Assembly: GCA_025351765.1 (NCBI GenBank)
Contig: JANXVH010000170.1
Location: 65,993-129,992 of the forward strand
Origin: Pedobacter sp.
Lineage (GTDB): Bacteria > Bacteroidota > Bacteroidia > Sphingobacteriales > Sphingobacteriaceae
Direction: 5' to 3'
DNA: 64,000 nt
Below, piece by piece: positions 63,889-64,000 of this stretch. The number at the start of each line of letters is the position of its first letter. Position 1 is the first letter of the stretch. The notes under the pieces are model-generated. The model searched no databases. It had not been told where the DNA came from and saw only the letters and a list, made by a program, of their open reading frames with translations. Made by a program: the position numbers and the translations under genes.

Positions 63889-64000
63889 AGAAAAATAGAA
63901 AAGATAGGGTAAAATTACATTATGTAACAGAAACACAAAATAATCTTTACTATTTTGGATTATAAATACCAACAATGAGATATTTTCGGTTTCAATTCCT

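Noticed and set aside
1-64000. Search for a defence island, prophage, integrative element, CRISPR array or toxin system
   Set aside because: I recognised no integrase, transposase, recombinase, phage structural, restriction-modification, Cas, or known defence-domain signatures. There is no tRNA attachment site, and gene content and synteny are those of a conserved core region.

Overview
This 64-kb window is a gene-dense, moderately AT-rich chromosomal segment that looks like Bacteroidota, probably a Sphingobacteriia or Pedobacter-like organism. That assignment is an inference from gldH, TAnnTTTG-type -7 promoter boxes, weak or absent Shine-Dalgarno sequences, a C-terminally extended ribosomal protein S16, and Bacteroidota-typical secreted and outer-membrane families.

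About 60 CDS are supported, and almost all are core housekeeping:
- Translation and RNA modification: ybeY, an ABC-F ATPase, mnmG, dusB, the rpsP-rimM-trmD-rplS cluster, def, ffh, rsfS.
- Cofactor synthesis: nadB, nadA, thiL, birA.
- Envelope and lipid: cdsA, psd, a GT51 transglycosylase, murF, a GH73-LysM hydrolase, gldH.
- DNA metabolism: mfd, rmuC, ruvX, holB, comM/yifB.
- Proteostasis: ftsH, htpG, an M16 peptidase.
- Fe-S and central metabolism: mrp/apbC, nifU-like, pfkA, hpt.

I saw no rRNA, tRNA, CRISPR array, transposase, integrase or phage gene.

The best-supported non-coding result is a pair of near-perfect parS centromere sites immediately upstream of mnmG. This places the window in the origin-proximal domain.

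Other points worth a second look:
- A ~130-bp intergenic inverted array of 11-bp-phased TTGGTTGGG repeats between ruvX and holB.
- A DUF4397-like lipoprotein / ECF sigma / membrane protein operon whose last gene joins a cytoplasmic N-terminus and one TM helix to an outer-membrane-barrel-like C-terminus.
- An internally deleted oligopeptidase B remnant next to that operon.
- A translationally coupled pair of uncharacterised polytopic membrane proteins.
- A GT51 transglycosylase with a ~450-aa beta-rich N-terminal extension.
- A PSP1/RicT homolog with an extra Cys-rich N-terminus.

I do not see a convincing novel multi-gene system such as a defence island or mobile cargo. The candidates above are modest and are hypotheses only.
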